A DNA stretch of 64,000 nucleotides from Hyalangium minutum (GCF_000737315.1 NZ_JMCB01000006.1:806001-870000); one strand, 5' to 3'. Counted from the stretch's first letter, positions 29,061 through 38,884 are shown. Notes: generated from the sequence alone by a model not told the origin. Program-made: numbers and translations.

Positions 29061-29574
29061 GGGCCCGCTCCCGCGCCAGGTGCGTGATGAACTCGGCGAT
29101 GTTCCGCAGTTCCTCAGTCCCGAAGCGCCGCAGCCCTTCCGGAGCGTCTTCCGGCAAGCGCGGTGCATCCGTCACCACCGCGAGCACATCCGAGCGCATC
29201 GCCGCCAGCAGTGACCCCAGGCCTTCGCGCCACACCTCCAACTTGGGCAGAGGGCCTTCCTTCCAGCCCTCCACCAGCACCAGGTCCACTGCGTCCGCGA
29301 AGCGCCCGAGCAGGGGCAGCAGCGCCTTCGCGGGCTCGTCCTTCACCGTGAGCTGCACACCCGCCGGTGTGGCGAAGCCCACCAGGGCTGCCCCGCTGTG
29401 CTCGAAGCGGGCCGTGTCACTGCCCGGCCGATGCAGCGGATGCGGATCCGACGAGTGCTTCACCACACCCACGCGCAGACCCTGAGCCCGCAGCTCGGGC
29501 ACGAGCCGCTCCACCAGCGTCGTCTTCCCCGCGCCGGACCAGCCGATGACGCTCAGCGCGGGAGGCGCCTTCAT
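29050..29574 (-). CDS. mobB: Molybdopterin-guanine dinucleotide biosynthesis protein MobB
   Basis: GWSGAGKTTL, VGVVKH, DLVLVEGWK. Confidence 0.92.
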   Translation of the reverse strand: MKAPPALSVIGWSGAGKTTLVERLVPELRAQGLRVGVVKHSSDPHPLHRPGSDTARFEHSGAALVGFATPAGVQLTVKDEPAKALLPLLGRFADAVDLVLVEGWKEGPLPKLEVWREGLGSLLAAMRSDVLAVVTDAPRLPEDAPEGLRRFGTEELRNIAEFITHLARERAHEP

Positions 29575-30815
29575 CCTTCCACCGCCACGTACCGAGGCCG
29601 GTCGAACAGCTCCATCTCCACCTCATCGCCCTCGGAGAAGTCGGCGCGGCCGGGAGGCAGAACCACGAGCCCTTCCGCGTCCACGTTCTGGAAAATCTGT
29701 CCCGAGCCCTGCGGCCGCATCTGGGCCCAGGGCCGTCCGCCGTCCTCGCGGTGCTCCACCGTGGCGGTGATGAGGTACGCCAGGCCCGCCTGCTTGTGCC
29801 GGGCCTCCGAGAGCCGTGCACGCAGCCGCCGTCGCTCCTCATGCACGCCCTGGAAGCGCAGCAGCAGCGGACGGCCAAACTGATCAAACGCGGTGGTGGC
29901 CGCACCGGGATTGCCGGGAAGCACCACCACCGCCAGCGCTCCCAGCCGAGCGACCGCCACGGGCTTGCCGGGCTTGAAGGCCACCCCATCCACGAGGAAC
30001 TGGGCGCCCAGCCCGGAGAGCACGCGCTTGACGTGGTCCTTGTCTCCCACGGAGGCGCCGCCCGTGGTGATGAGCACATCCACCCGCTGTGACAGCGCCG
30101 ACAGGGTGGTGCGCAGCTCCGCCTCGTCATCGCGGGAGCGCTCGGTGGCGACCACCTCGGCACCGGCCTCGCGGGCCAGCGCGGCGATGAGGTGGAGGTT
30201 GCTCTCGTAGACCTGATGCGGCAGCGCGGGCAGGCCCGGAGGGACCAGCTCATCTCCCGTCGCGAGCACGGCCACCCGAGGCGCTCGGCGCACGAGCGCG
30301 GTGGTGGCCCCCATGGACGCGAGCACGCCCAGCACATGCGCATCCACGCGCTGTCCGGCGGCGAAGAGGGGCGTGCCCTCGAGAACTTCCTCACCCGTGA
30401 GCCGGATGTCCTTGCCAGGCGAGACGGTGATGAAGAGAGAGACCCAGCCATCCCCCTCGGCCCGGGCGGCCTCCTGGCGGACGACGGCATCCGCGCCCGC
30501 AGGGATGGGCGCCCCGGTGAAGATGCGCGCGGCCTCTCCCGGCTGGAGAGCGCGAGAGGGCAGGGTCCCGGCATACACGGTGTCGACGATGCGCAGGCGC
30601 GCGGGGCGATCCCGCGTGGCGCCGAGGGTTTCCTCCGCGCGCACGGCCCACCCATCCATGGCGGAGGTGTCGCACCCAGGCAGTGAGCGCGCGGCCTGTA
30701 CCGCCGCCGCGAGGAAGCGGCCATGGGCCAGGAGCAAGGGCAGAGGCTCGGGCGGCACCGGGGTGACGGCACCGAGTGCGGCTTGCCGCGCTGGGATGAG
30801 AGGAGTGAGCGCCAT
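29571..30815 (-). CDS. moeA: Molybdopterin molybdotransferase MoeA
   Basis: SAMDGWAV, IFTGAPIP, TGDEL, TTGGASVG, PGKP, LPGNP. Confidence 0.95.
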   Translation of the reverse strand: MALTPLIPARQAALGAVTPVPPEPLPLLLAHGRFLAAAVQAARSLPGCDTSAMDGWAVRAEETLGATRDRPARLRIVDTVYAGTLPSRALQPGEAARIFTGAPIPAGADAVVRQEAARAEGDGWVSLFITVSPGKDIRLTGEEVLEGTPLFAAGQRVDAHVLGVLASMGATTALVRRAPRVAVLATGDELVPPGLPALPHQVYESNLHLIAALAREAGAEVVATERSRDDEAELRTTLSALSQRVDVLITTGGASVGDKDHVKRVLSGLGAQFLVDGVAFKPGKPVAVARLGALAVVVLPGNPGAATTAFDQFGRPLLLRFQGVHEERRRLRARLSEARHKQAGLAYLITATVEHREDGGRPWAQMRPQGSGQIFQNVDAEGLVVLPPGRADFSEGDEVEMELFDRPRYVAVEG

Positions 30816-31010
30816 GGAAGTCCCGCTGAAGCCCCCAGCCTCTCCCAAAACCCCAGAGGGAGAAACTTCCACGAGCACCCCTGCGTCGGGTGGACAACCC
30901 GGTTCTCCACAGCCGGTGCGTGGCGGAGAGGCCCGGAGTACGGCAGGGACCCGCGCCTCCTCTGGTAGCCTGAGCCCCCGCCGCGTACCCCGCGTGGCGC
31001 TGGCGGACCC

Positions 31011-31610
31011 ATGGCGCTCTTCCCAGACGTGACGCTGGCGGTGGTGGCGGGAGGCCAGGGCCGGAGGCTCTCAGGCGTGCCCAAGGGGCTGCTGCGCGTT
31101 GGGGACAGGACGGTGCTGGACCGGCTGCTCACGCTGGCGCCCCTGTTCGCGGAGGTGCTGCTGGTCGCGAACGTGCCCGAGCCCTATGCCCGCTTCGGGC
31201 TGCGCACCGTCCCGGACGCCGTGCCGGGCAAGGGGGCTCCAGGCGGAGTCCACGCGGCGCTCGCGGCAGCGAGAACAGAGTGGGTGCTGGCGGTGGCGTG
31301 CGACATGCCCTTCGTGAGCCCCGAGGCCGTGCGCGTGCTCCTGGAGGCCCGAGCCCCCGAAGCCGGCGCCGTCTGCTTCACCGTGGAAGGCCGCGTGGAG
31401 CCACTGCTCGCCGTCTACCGAAGCTCTCTCGCGGACCCATGGGGTGAGCACCTTCAGCAAGGAGACCCGTCGCTGCGAGAGCTCCTCTCCCACGCCCGCG
31501 CGAGGCTGTTGCCGGAGGAGGCGCTCCGGGCGGTGGACGCGGAGCTGCGCTCCCTGGTGAACGTGAACACACCCGAGGACCTGCTCCGCCACGGCCTCAC
31601 GCGGCCCTGA
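31011..31610 (+). CDS. mobA: Molybdenum cofactor guanylyltransferase MobA
   Basis: VVAGGQGRRLSGVPKG, GAPGGVHAAL, VACDMP, NVNTPED. Confidence 0.92.
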   Translation: MALFPDVTLAVVAGGQGRRLSGVPKGLLRVGDRTVLDRLLTLAPLFAEVLLVANVPEPYARFGLRTVPDAVPGKGAPGGVHAALAAARTEWVLAVACDMPFVSPEAVRVLLEARAPEAGAVCFTVEGRVEPLLAVYRSSLADPWGEHLQQGDPSLRELLSHARARLLPEEALRAVDAELRSLVNVNTPEDLLRHGLTRP

Positions 31611-31616
31611 GCCCGC

Positions 31617-31982
31617 TCAGCGGCAGTGCAGGTTCACGGTGGAGAAGAGCTCGCTGATCTCGAACGGCTTCTTGAGGATGCCCTGGGTGCCCGGCAGCGG
31701 CGCCCGCCCGCTGGCCGTGACGATGATGATGGGGATGTCGCTCTGCGCCGGGTCCTGGCGCACGTGCCGCAGGAAGTCCTCGCCGTTCATCACCGGCATC
31801 ATCAAGTCCAACAGGACCAGACACGGCGGCCCTATCTGGCTCAGTACCTCGAGCCCCTCTTGTCCGTTGGAGGCGACGGCGACCTCGAAGCCCTCTCCCT
31901 CGAGGAGCTCCGCCATGGCCGCACGAATGTCCTCGTCATCCTCGACGATCAGGACGCTGCCTCTCTGTCGAGTCGTGCTCAC
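31617..31982 (-). CDS. Single-domain response regulator
   Basis: VLIVEDD, LVLLDLMMP, IIVTA, KKPF. Confidence 0.9.
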   Translation of the reverse strand: MSTTRQRGSVLIVEDDEDIRAAMAELLEGEGFEVAVASNGQEGLEVLSQIGPPCLVLLDLMMPVMNGEDFLRHVRQDPAQSDIPIIIVTASGRAPLPGTQGILKKPFEISELFSTVNLHCR

Positions 31983-32123
31983 CAGGAGGATTGTAGGCAA
32001 GCCCGTGCCAGGAGACAGAGTTCGCGAACAGGCTCTGTCGGATTCCAACGCGCGCGCGCTTCGACACCTTTGTCCGGTACAGTGCCAGCCAGGGGACGGT
32101 AGCCAGCCGGAGCGGATCTTTCC

Positions 32124-33779
32124 ATGAGCGAGGGAAGCTTTGCCGATGCCTCCACCATCGGCATCAAGAAGCGGAACAGCAGCGAGCCGGTGGCCCGGCT
32201 GGTTCCGGCGCTGACCCTCGTCTCCCACCCCATGGCCCACCGGGTGGGCGAGCGGCTGCTGATGGAGGGCGTGCTGTCGGGCCGGCCCGTGGAGCTGTCC
32301 CGGAATGCGCCGGACTTCCAGCGCCCGGACGCGGTGCTCGGCACGCCCCTGGCGGATCCGTTCCTGAGCCGCAAGCCGGTGGTGTTCTCGCAGGGCTCCG
32401 GGGGCGGCGTCCGGCTGGCGCCTGGGGATGGCATCAAGGTGGCGCTGGCGGGCGAGCCGCTGCGCGAGCCGTGGGAGTTCTCGCCCGAGGAGCTGTCGGT
32501 AGGCGTGGTGCTCGAGCTGGCCGAGCGCGTGGTGGTGCTGCTGCACTGGGCGGACCCTTCCACGCGCACGGCGGTGGATGCGCTGGGCATGGTGGGCACC
32601 AGCGCGGGCATCGAGCAGGTGCGCCACCACATTGAACAGGTGGCGGACCTGAACGTGCCGGTGCTCGTGCGCGGGGAGACGGGCTCGGGCAAGGAGCTGA
32701 TCGCCCGAGGCATCCACCAGCGCAGCCAGCGCCGCGACCAGGCCTTCGTGAGCGTGAACATGGGCGCCATTCCCAAGGAGCTGGCGCCCGCGGAGCTGTT
32801 CGGCGCGACGAAGGGCGCCTTCACGGGCTCGGTGAAGGACCGCGAGGGCTTCTTCGGGGCCGCGCATGACGGCTCGCTCTTCCTGGACGAGGTGGGCGAG
32901 GCGCCGCCCGAGGTGCAGGTCATGCTGCTCCGGGTGCTGGAGACGGGCGAAATCTTCCCAGTGGGCGAGCGCACGCCGGTGAAGGTGGACGTGCGGCTCA
33001 TCGCGGCGACGGACGCGCAGCTGGAGCAGCAAATCCAGGACGGGCGCTTCAAGGCGCCGCTGCTGCACCGCCTTGCGGGCTACGAGATTCGCGTGCCTCC
33101 ACTGCGGGAGCGGCGCGAGGACATTGGCCTGCTCTTCCACCACTTCGCGCGCGAGGAGCTGGAGGCCATTGGCGAGGCGTGGCGGCTGAAGCCGGAGGAC
33201 GCCTCCACCGAGCCCTGGCTGCCCGCGCCGCTGGCCTCGCGGCTGGTGCGCTTCGGGTGGCCCGGCAACATCCGCCAGCTTCGCAACATCACGCGCCAGC
33301 TCATCATCGGCAGCCGGGGGCACCCCCGGCTGCGGCTGGACCCCCGGCTGGAGAAGGAGCTGGATTCGTCCCTGCAGCCCCGGCCTGGGCGCCCTGTCGC
33401 GCCCGCGGCGCCAGACGTGCGAGTGGAGGCGAAGCCTCCCACCGCCGCCGCGAAGCCGCCGGCCGAGCCCAAGTCCTCCGCCGCCCGCCGCAAGGCCTCG
33501 GACATCTCCGAGACGGAGCTGCTCGCCGCGCTCCGGGGGTGCGCGTGGGATTTGAAGGCCGCCGCGGACCGGCTCGGCGTTCCCCGCTCCTCCATCTATG
33601 ACTTGATCGACAAGAGCCCCCACATCCGCACCGCCGGAGACTTGTCCGTGGAGGAAATCACCCGCTGCTTTCAGGAGTGCACGGGGGACCTGGACGCCAT
33701 GGCGCAGCGCCTCGAGGTCTCCAAGCGGGCCCTGGGCCGCCGCATCAAAGAGCTGGGGCTCGGCTCGGGCGAGAGCTGA
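32124..33779 (+). CDS. Sigma54-dependent enhancer-binding protein with FHA-like N-terminus and two tandem Fis-type HTHs
   Basis: GETGSGKE, ELFG..KGAFTGS, LFLDEVGE, RLIAAT, WPGNIRQL; N-terminal DAST and LADPFLSR; two HTH segments at C-terminus. Confidence 0.92.
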   Translation: MSEGSFADASTIGIKKRNSSEPVARLVPALTLVSHPMAHRVGERLLMEGVLSGRPVELSRNAPDFQRPDAVLGTPLADPFLSRKPVVFSQGSGGGVRLAPGDGIKVALAGEPLREPWEFSPEELSVGVVLELAERVVVLLHWADPSTRTAVDALGMVGTSAGIEQVRHHIEQVADLNVPVLVRGETGSGKELIARGIHQRSQRRDQAFVSVNMGAIPKELAPAELFGATKGAFTGSVKDREGFFGAAHDGSLFLDEVGEAPPEVQVMLLRVLETGEIFPVGERTPVKVDVRLIAATDAQLEQQIQDGRFKAPLLHRLAGYEIRVPPLRERREDIGLLFHHFAREELEAIGEAWRLKPEDASTEPWLPAPLASRLVRFGWPGNIRQLRNITRQLIIGSRGHPRLRLDPRLEKELDSSLQPRPGRPVAPAAPDVRVEAKPPTAAAKPPAEPKSSAARRKASDISETELLAALRGCAWDLKAAADRLGVPRSSIYDLIDKSPHIRTAGDLSVEEITRCFQECTGDLDAMAQRLEVSKRALGRRIKELGLGSGES

Positions 33780-33796
33780 TCCACCGGGTCGCCGCT

Positions 33797-33843
33797 GTGT
33801 CGGACGCCCGTCCGACGTGTCGGGCAGGCCGTCCGACGTGTCG
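33797..33843. promoter_or_regulatory. Candidate enhancer (UAS): inverted plus direct repeats
   Basis: Perfect 15-bp direct repeat CCGTCCGACGTGTCG at 33808 and 33829 (21-bp period); GTCGGACG-CC-CGTCCGAC inverted repeat 33799-33816. Confidence 0.7.
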
Positions 33844-33925
33844 AACGGCGCGAGAAGGGCCCTGTTTTATACCAGACAACCCTGACAGAGCGGCAAAAAA
33901 GGCCGTACTTCCGGGTATTTGGGCG

Positions 33926-33941
33926 TGGCACCGCGATTGCT
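33926..33941 (+). promoter_or_regulatory. Sigma54 -24/-12 promoter
   Basis: TGGCAC-CGCGA-TTGCT matches TGGCAC-N5-TTGCW. Confidence 0.85.
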
Positions 33942-33983
33942 GTAGCCTGCCGCACACAATCTCTAACGGCAGGGGGAAGCACC

Positions 33984-34100
33984 ATGGCGGACAAGAACGA
34001 CAACACGACGCAGACGGGTGACACGAGCGGCTCGGGCACCACCACCTCGAGTGCGGGTGGCACGAGCAAGGGCGGCGAGGTTCCTGTCGTTCCGGGCTAG
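33984..34100 (+). CDS. 38-aa Ser/Thr/Gly-rich peptide (not in ORF track)
   Basis: GGGGAAG SD then MADKNDNTTQTGDTSGSGTTTSSAGGTSKGGEVPVVPG*; lies between sigma54 promoter and a hairpin. Confidence 0.7.
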   Translation: MADKNDNTTQTGDTSGSGTTTSSAGGTSKGGEVPVVPG

Positions 34101-34169
34101 GGCTTCCAGCGCCGGTTCACGCGGGAGGACTCGCGCGGCCGGCGCCTGCTGAAGGTTGCAGTCAGGCAG

Positions 34170-37100
34170 TCATTGGTTGGAAGCGTGCTCTGCACGCAGC
34201 CTCAGCGCCTCTGGGTGCTTGGGGCAGGACTTGAGCACTTCTTCCACCAAGGCGAGGCCGCGTTCCAGCTGGGGGGCTGGGACGCGGCCCGCTTTCTTTT
34301 CCGCCAAGGCCCACGCGAGGTGCAGTGAGGCGGACGCCAGGCGCGTGTCGTGCTGCGAGGGATCCAACTGCAGGGCCTGCTCGAAGTCCTTGGCCGCCTC
34401 CGCGAAGTCTTCCACTCGGGACTGAGCCTTTCGCGCCTTCCACTGCAACTGCAGCGCGTGGGTTTCTCCCAGGTAGCCCCAGGCCTCGGAGGCCCGGGGG
34501 TTGTGGCGCAGCGCCTCGCGCAGCTCCCTCTCGGAGCGCTGCAGGGTGGCGCTCGGGTCGCGGCCCCGCGCCAGCTCGTACTCCGCCAGCGTCCGCAGCG
34601 CCCTGCCCAGGTTCGTCCGGGGGAGGAAGTCACCCGGGGATTGCTGGAGCGCCTTCTCGAAGGAGGCCACCGCCTCGCGCACGTTGGGGGCAGGGTCCTC
34701 GCCGCGGGCGCCTCGGTACAGGGCGCGCAGGGCGTGCACCTGGCCCAGGTTGTTGTAGCTGTGGGCCTGCTTGCGGGCCAGCTCCAGGGCTCGCTCGAAG
34801 GCGGCCTGGGCCTCGTCGAGCAGCGGCAGCGGATCCCCTCCGTGCTTCAAGCGCTGCTCGGCCTGGTTGAGCAGCACCGTGCCCACGCCGGACTGCAGGT
34901 GCTGGCTGCGCCCGTTGACGGTGAGCCCCCGCTGATAGATTTCCAGCGCTTGCGCCAACAGGGTCTGCGAATCATCCAAGCACTGGTGCCGGTCCGCCAG
35001 CTGCTCCAGGGCGTCTCCGGCGTTGAAGTACGTGACCCAGTTCTTGGGGTTGAGCTCGATGGCCCGGCGGCTCGCCTCCCAGGATTGCTTGAGGTCCTCT
35101 TCGGGGCGTGAGGGCGTGCCCTGCGTGCCTTCGGGGCTGTCTGCGGGCTGCAAGGCCCGGTTGAGGTAGGCCCGGCCCAGGTTGGTCCACGCATCCGCCA
35201 GCCGCGGATCCAGCCGCGTGGCTTGCTGGAGCGCCTCGATGGCCTGGTTGCGGTGCGCGTCCGCGCGGATGCCGACGTCGTCCTCGCAGGCGCTCCAGAG
35301 CGAGAAGATGGAGCCCAGGATGGTGTGGAATTCGTAGTCACGGTCCGCCGGGGGGATGGCCTGTAGGGCCTGCTCGGCCTGGCGCAGCGACTCGAAGGGG
35401 TCCTGGCCGCGGTTGCGGCGGAAGCGCGCGAGCTGCTGGAAGGTGCGAGCCAGCTCCAGCTGCACCTCCCGGGCGGGGTGCCCCCGCTGGAGCGCCATGC
35501 GCGCCGCTTCCATGGCCGCGGTGAGGTTGGCCTCGGCGTCCTCGAAGCTGTTGTTCTGGCTCTCGGCGAGCCGGCGGTGGAAGCGCGCCTTCAGCATCAA
35601 CGGCATGGGCTCCTCCGGCGCGGCCTGGAGCGCGCGTGTGACGGCCGCCATGCCTCGGGTGAAGGCGGGGAGCACGTCGCCCTCGCTGTAGACTTCGACG
35701 ATCATCGCGTTGGCCTCGAGCTTGGCCAGGGCCTGGTGGACAGCGGGCACGCTCTCGCCAATGGCGGCGGCGGCGGCGTAGGCGCGGCGGCCCGCCTCGA
35801 AGTCGGCGCGAGCGCCCTCGAGGTCTCCCTGCTTCAGGTTCCAGCGCCGCATGGCCCGGGCCTGGAGGATGTCGCCGCGCAGCTGGGGCGCCTCGTAGAA
35901 CCAGGGCAGGCGGTTGCCCATGGCGTCCAGCCGCGCCAGGGCGGCGTCGAAGTCGTCCTCATAGAAAGCAATGAGGGCGGCCACGTATTCGGAAGAGGGC
36001 ACATCCGCGCCCTGGCTGCGGCGCAGCCAGTCCAGCGCTGGGTCCCGGTAGCGGGCCTGGATGTCGCGCCGGCGCTCTTCGATGCTGCGCAGGCGCTCGG
36101 CCTCCAGCAGCTCGTCCTGGTAGCGGCGGCCGAGCACGATCGCGAGCGCGTAGGCCACGCGCGGATCCTTGAAGCCGCTCTGCCACGCAAGCTCCAGGTG
36201 CGTGCGCGCGGCGTCCTCGTCTCCGAGCGCCAGAGCGCCGCGCGCCAGGGCGTAGTGGCCCGGGCCCACTGCCAGCGCTCCGGCCTCGCGGATCTGCCCC
36301 TCCAGCTCGGCCATGCGGTCGCGGATCTTCTGGCGGTCCTCGCGCGTGTCGTGGAGCGGAGACAGGCCCGAGTAGCGGGCCAGGGCTTCAATGTGTTCGA
36401 CTTTCTCGGTGAAGCTGCGGGCGAGCTGCTCGCGGCGGGTGGCCTGCGAGTGGGTGTAGAGGGCCGAGCCCAGCGCGAGCGTGACGGCCAGCAGGGCGGC
36501 GGCGGCCACGCTCACCACGAGCCGGTGCTTGAGCGCCTTCTTGCGCAGCCGGTACCAGAGGCCGGTGGAGCGGGCCTGCACGGGCTCGCCGGCGAGGAAG
36601 CGGTCCAGGTCCTCAATGAGCGCGCGCGCCGAGTCGTAGCGGGCGGAGCGGTCCTTCTCCAGACACTTGAGGACGATGGCCTCGAGGTCCGTGGGGACGT
36701 TGGGGTTCAGGGTGCGCGGAGGGGTGGGCTCCACGGTGGCGATGTTGTTGAGCACCTCGAGCCCATTGGCGCCGGGGATGGCCTGGTGGCCGGTGAGCAG
36801 GAAGTAGAGCGTGGCGCCGAGGCTGTAGACGTCCGCGCGTCGATCCAAGCCCTCCACCTGGCCGCGGGCCTGCTCGGGGGCCATGTAGTGCGGCGTTCCC
36901 ACCGCGGAGCCCGAGCTGATGCTCTCCTTCTCGCTCCAGTCATGTGCGAGACCGAAGTCCATGACGAAGGGCTTGAGGCGCCCATCGTCCGTGCGCTCCA
37001 CGAGGATGTTGGAGGGCTTCAAGTCCCGGTGGATGAGGCCGGCGCGGTGGGCGGCGTGGACGCCCTCGGAGGCCTCGCGCAGCACGAGCACCTGCTGCTC

Positions 37101-37733
37101 CACGGTGAGCTTGAGCTCGCTGGCGAGCCGGTCCAGGGGGAGCCCGTCCACGAACTGCATGGCGATGTAGGGCTTGCCTTGAACCTCGCCCACCTCGTGG
37201 ACCTGGCAGACGCGCTCGTGCTCCACGCGGGCCTGGGCGCGGGCCTCGGACATGAGGCGGCGCACGAGCACCTCGTCATCGCCGCGCACGAACTTGAGGG
37301 CGACGTTGCGGCGCAGGCTCCGGTCATACGCGAGGAAGACGCGGCCCATGCCGCCCTGGCCGAGGAAGCGCACGCCCTCGTAGCGCTCCCAGCCGGGGAC
37401 GGGGAACTGCGGGTCGGCCTTGTCGCGATCCGCCAGCGTGAGGGCGGGGCCCAGCGTCTCGGCGCCGCCGGTGCCCGCCGCGCGGGGGACAAAGGTCTCG
37501 TCTACGTCTGCCTTGCGCAGCTCGGCGAGGGACTCATCCGAGAGGAGGCCGCGCGCCTGGAGGAGGGCGAGGGGGCCCTTGCCGGAGCGGAGGGACTCCT
37601 CGCGCAGCGGCTCCACCTCCTCGCGCGTGATGAGGCCCTCGGCCAGGGCCATGCGCAGCTCGGCCTCAAGGTCATCGTGCATCAGGGCGGGCTCCGAGGG
37701 TGGGCTCGGGGAGGGGGGCGCGAGAGGGGACAC
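34170..37733 (-). CDS. Membrane Ser/Thr kinase with large TPR-repeat C-terminal region
   Basis: LGQGGMGRV, VALK, IHRDLKPSN, MDFG, GTPHYMAPE, DVYSLG; TM HRLVVSVAAAALLAVTLALGS; many TPR-like helices; start may be 37682. Confidence 0.92.
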   Translation of the reverse strand: MSPLAPPSPSPPSEPALMHDDLEAELRMALAEGLITREEVEPLREESLRSGKGPLALLQARGLLSDESLAELRKADVDETFVPRAAGTGGAETLGPALTLADRDKADPQFPVPGWERYEGVRFLGQGGMGRVFLAYDRSLRRNVALKFVRGDDEVLVRRLMSEARAQARVEHERVCQVHEVGEVQGKPYIAMQFVDGLPLDRLASELKLTVEQQVLVLREASEGVHAAHRAGLIHRDLKPSNILVERTDDGRLKPFVMDFGLAHDWSEKESISSGSAVGTPHYMAPEQARGQVEGLDRRADVYSLGATLYFLLTGHQAIPGANGLEVLNNIATVEPTPPRTLNPNVPTDLEAIVLKCLEKDRSARYDSARALIEDLDRFLAGEPVQARSTGLWYRLRKKALKHRLVVSVAAAALLAVTLALGSALYTHSQATRREQLARSFTEKVEHIEALARYSGLSPLHDTREDRQKIRDRMAELEGQIREAGALAVGPGHYALARGALALGDEDAARTHLELAWQSGFKDPRVAYALAIVLGRRYQDELLEAERLRSIEERRRDIQARYRDPALDWLRRSQGADVPSSEYVAALIAFYEDDFDAALARLDAMGNRLPWFYEAPQLRGDILQARAMRRWNLKQGDLEGARADFEAGRRAYAAAAAIGESVPAVHQALAKLEANAMIVEVYSEGDVLPAFTRGMAAVTRALQAAPEEPMPLMLKARFHRRLAESQNNSFEDAEANLTAAMEAARMALQRGHPAREVQLELARTFQQLARFRRNRGQDPFESLRQAEQALQAIPPADRDYEFHTILGSIFSLWSACEDDVGIRADAHRNQAIEALQQATRLDPRLADAWTNLGRAYLNRALQPADSPEGTQGTPSRPEEDLKQSWEASRRAIELNPKNWVTYFNAGDALEQLADRHQCLDDSQTLLAQALEIYQRGLTVNGRSQHLQSGVGTVLLNQAEQRLKHGGDPLPLLDEAQAAFERALELARKQAHSYNNLGQVHALRALYRGARGEDPAPNVREAVASFEKALQQSPGDFLPRTNLGRALRTLAEYELARGRDPSATLQRSERELREALRHNPRASEAWGYLGETHALQLQWKARKAQSRVEDFAEAAKDFEQALQLDPSQHDTRLASASLHLAWALAEKKAGRVPAPQLERGLALVEEVLKSCPKHPEALRLRAEHASNQ

Positions 37734-37801
37734 ACGCCCAGCCAGGTCGGCGGGGCAGGGCGTGAGCTATTGTAGATTCACCCGAGGCGCAAGCGGGAGG
37801 G

Positions 37802-38884
37802 TCATACCCTCGAGGCCTGGATGCGCACGGGGATGCGCCGGCGTCCGAACGCGCCCGGAGCCGTGTCGAAGCGGCCGGGCACCCGAGCCCCGCAGTCCGG
37901 GCACTTGCCATCGGCCGTCACCCGGTACTCGAGAAGCTGGTACCAGTCGCGGACGATGAGCGAGGCCCCGCAGCCGCCGCACGAGGTGGTGTCCCCTTCG
38001 ATGTCATGCACGTTGCCGGTGTAGACGTGGTGCAGCCCTGCCCGCTTGGCAATCTGCCGGGCGCGCGTCAGGGTCGCGGGCGGAGTGGGGGGCACATCCA
38101 TCATCTTGAAGTCCGGGTGGAAGGCCGAGAAGTGCACTGGCACGTCCGGACCCAGCTTGGAGACGACCCACTCGGACAGCTGCGACAGCTCCGCGTCCGA
38201 GTCGTTCTGACCCGGGATGAGCAGCGTCGTGATTTCGAACCACACGCGCGTCTCGTGCTTCAAGTACTCCAGCGTCTCCAGGATGGGCTGCAGCTTGGAG
38301 AAGGTAACGCGGTGGTAGAAGTCCTCCGTGAAGGCCTTCAGGTCCACGTTGGCCGCGTCCATCTTCGCGTAGAAGTCACGCCGGGGCTCGGCGTGCATGT
38401 AGCCCGCAGTCACTGCCACGGTCTGGATACCCCGCGCGTGGCAGGCGTCCGCCACGTCCATGGCGTACTCGGCGAAGATGACCGGGTCGTTGTAGGTGAA
38501 CGCCACGCTCTTGCAGCCCAGGCGCTGGGCCTCTTGGGCGATGGCCTCGGGCGAGGCCTGATCCATGAGCCGGTCCTGCTCGCGGGACTTGGAGATGTCC
38601 CAGTTTTGGCAGAAGCGGCATCCCAGGTTGCACCCCGCCGTGCCGAACGAGAGCACGCTGCTGCCTGGGTAGAAGTGGTTGAGCGGCTTCTTCTCGATGG
38701 GGTCCACGCAGAACCCGGACGAGCGCCCATACGTGGTGAGCACCATCTGGTCCCCCGCCCGCTGGCGCACGAAGCAGAAGCCCCGCTGGCCCTCGTTCAG
38801 CTTGCAGTCGCGAGGACACAGGTCGCACTGGATGCGCCCGTCCTCGAGCCGGTGCCACCACCGTCCTGGATATTCGAGGCTCAT
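37802..38884 (-). CDS. amrS: AmmeMemoRadiSam system radical SAM enzyme
   Basis: CDLCPRDC, VDPIEKKPLNHF, GCNLGCRFCQNWDISK, AFTYNDP, NVDLK, YTGNV. Confidence 0.9.
   Translation of the reverse strand: MSLEYPGRWWHRLEDGRIQCDLCPRDCKLNEGQRGFCFVRQRAGDQMVLTTYGRSSGFCVDPIEKKPLNHFYPGSSVLSFGTAGCNLGCRFCQNWDISKSREQDRLMDQASPEAIAQEAQRLGCKSVAFTYNDPVIFAEYAMDVADACHARGIQTVAVTAGYMHAEPRRDFYAKMDAANVDLKAFTEDFYHRVTFSKLQPILETLEYLKHETRVWFEITTLLIPGQNDSDAELSQLSEWVVSKLGPDVPVHFSAFHPDFKMMDVPPTPPATLTRARQIAKRAGLHHVYTGNVHDIEGDTTSCGGCGASLIVRDWYQLLEYRVTADGKCPDCGARVPGRFDTAPGAFGRRRIPVRIQASRV

Noticed and set aside
31617-33623. 668-aa minus-strand ORF
   Set aside because: Only the last 121 aa (receiver domain) are real; the rest is antisense to the sigma54 activator
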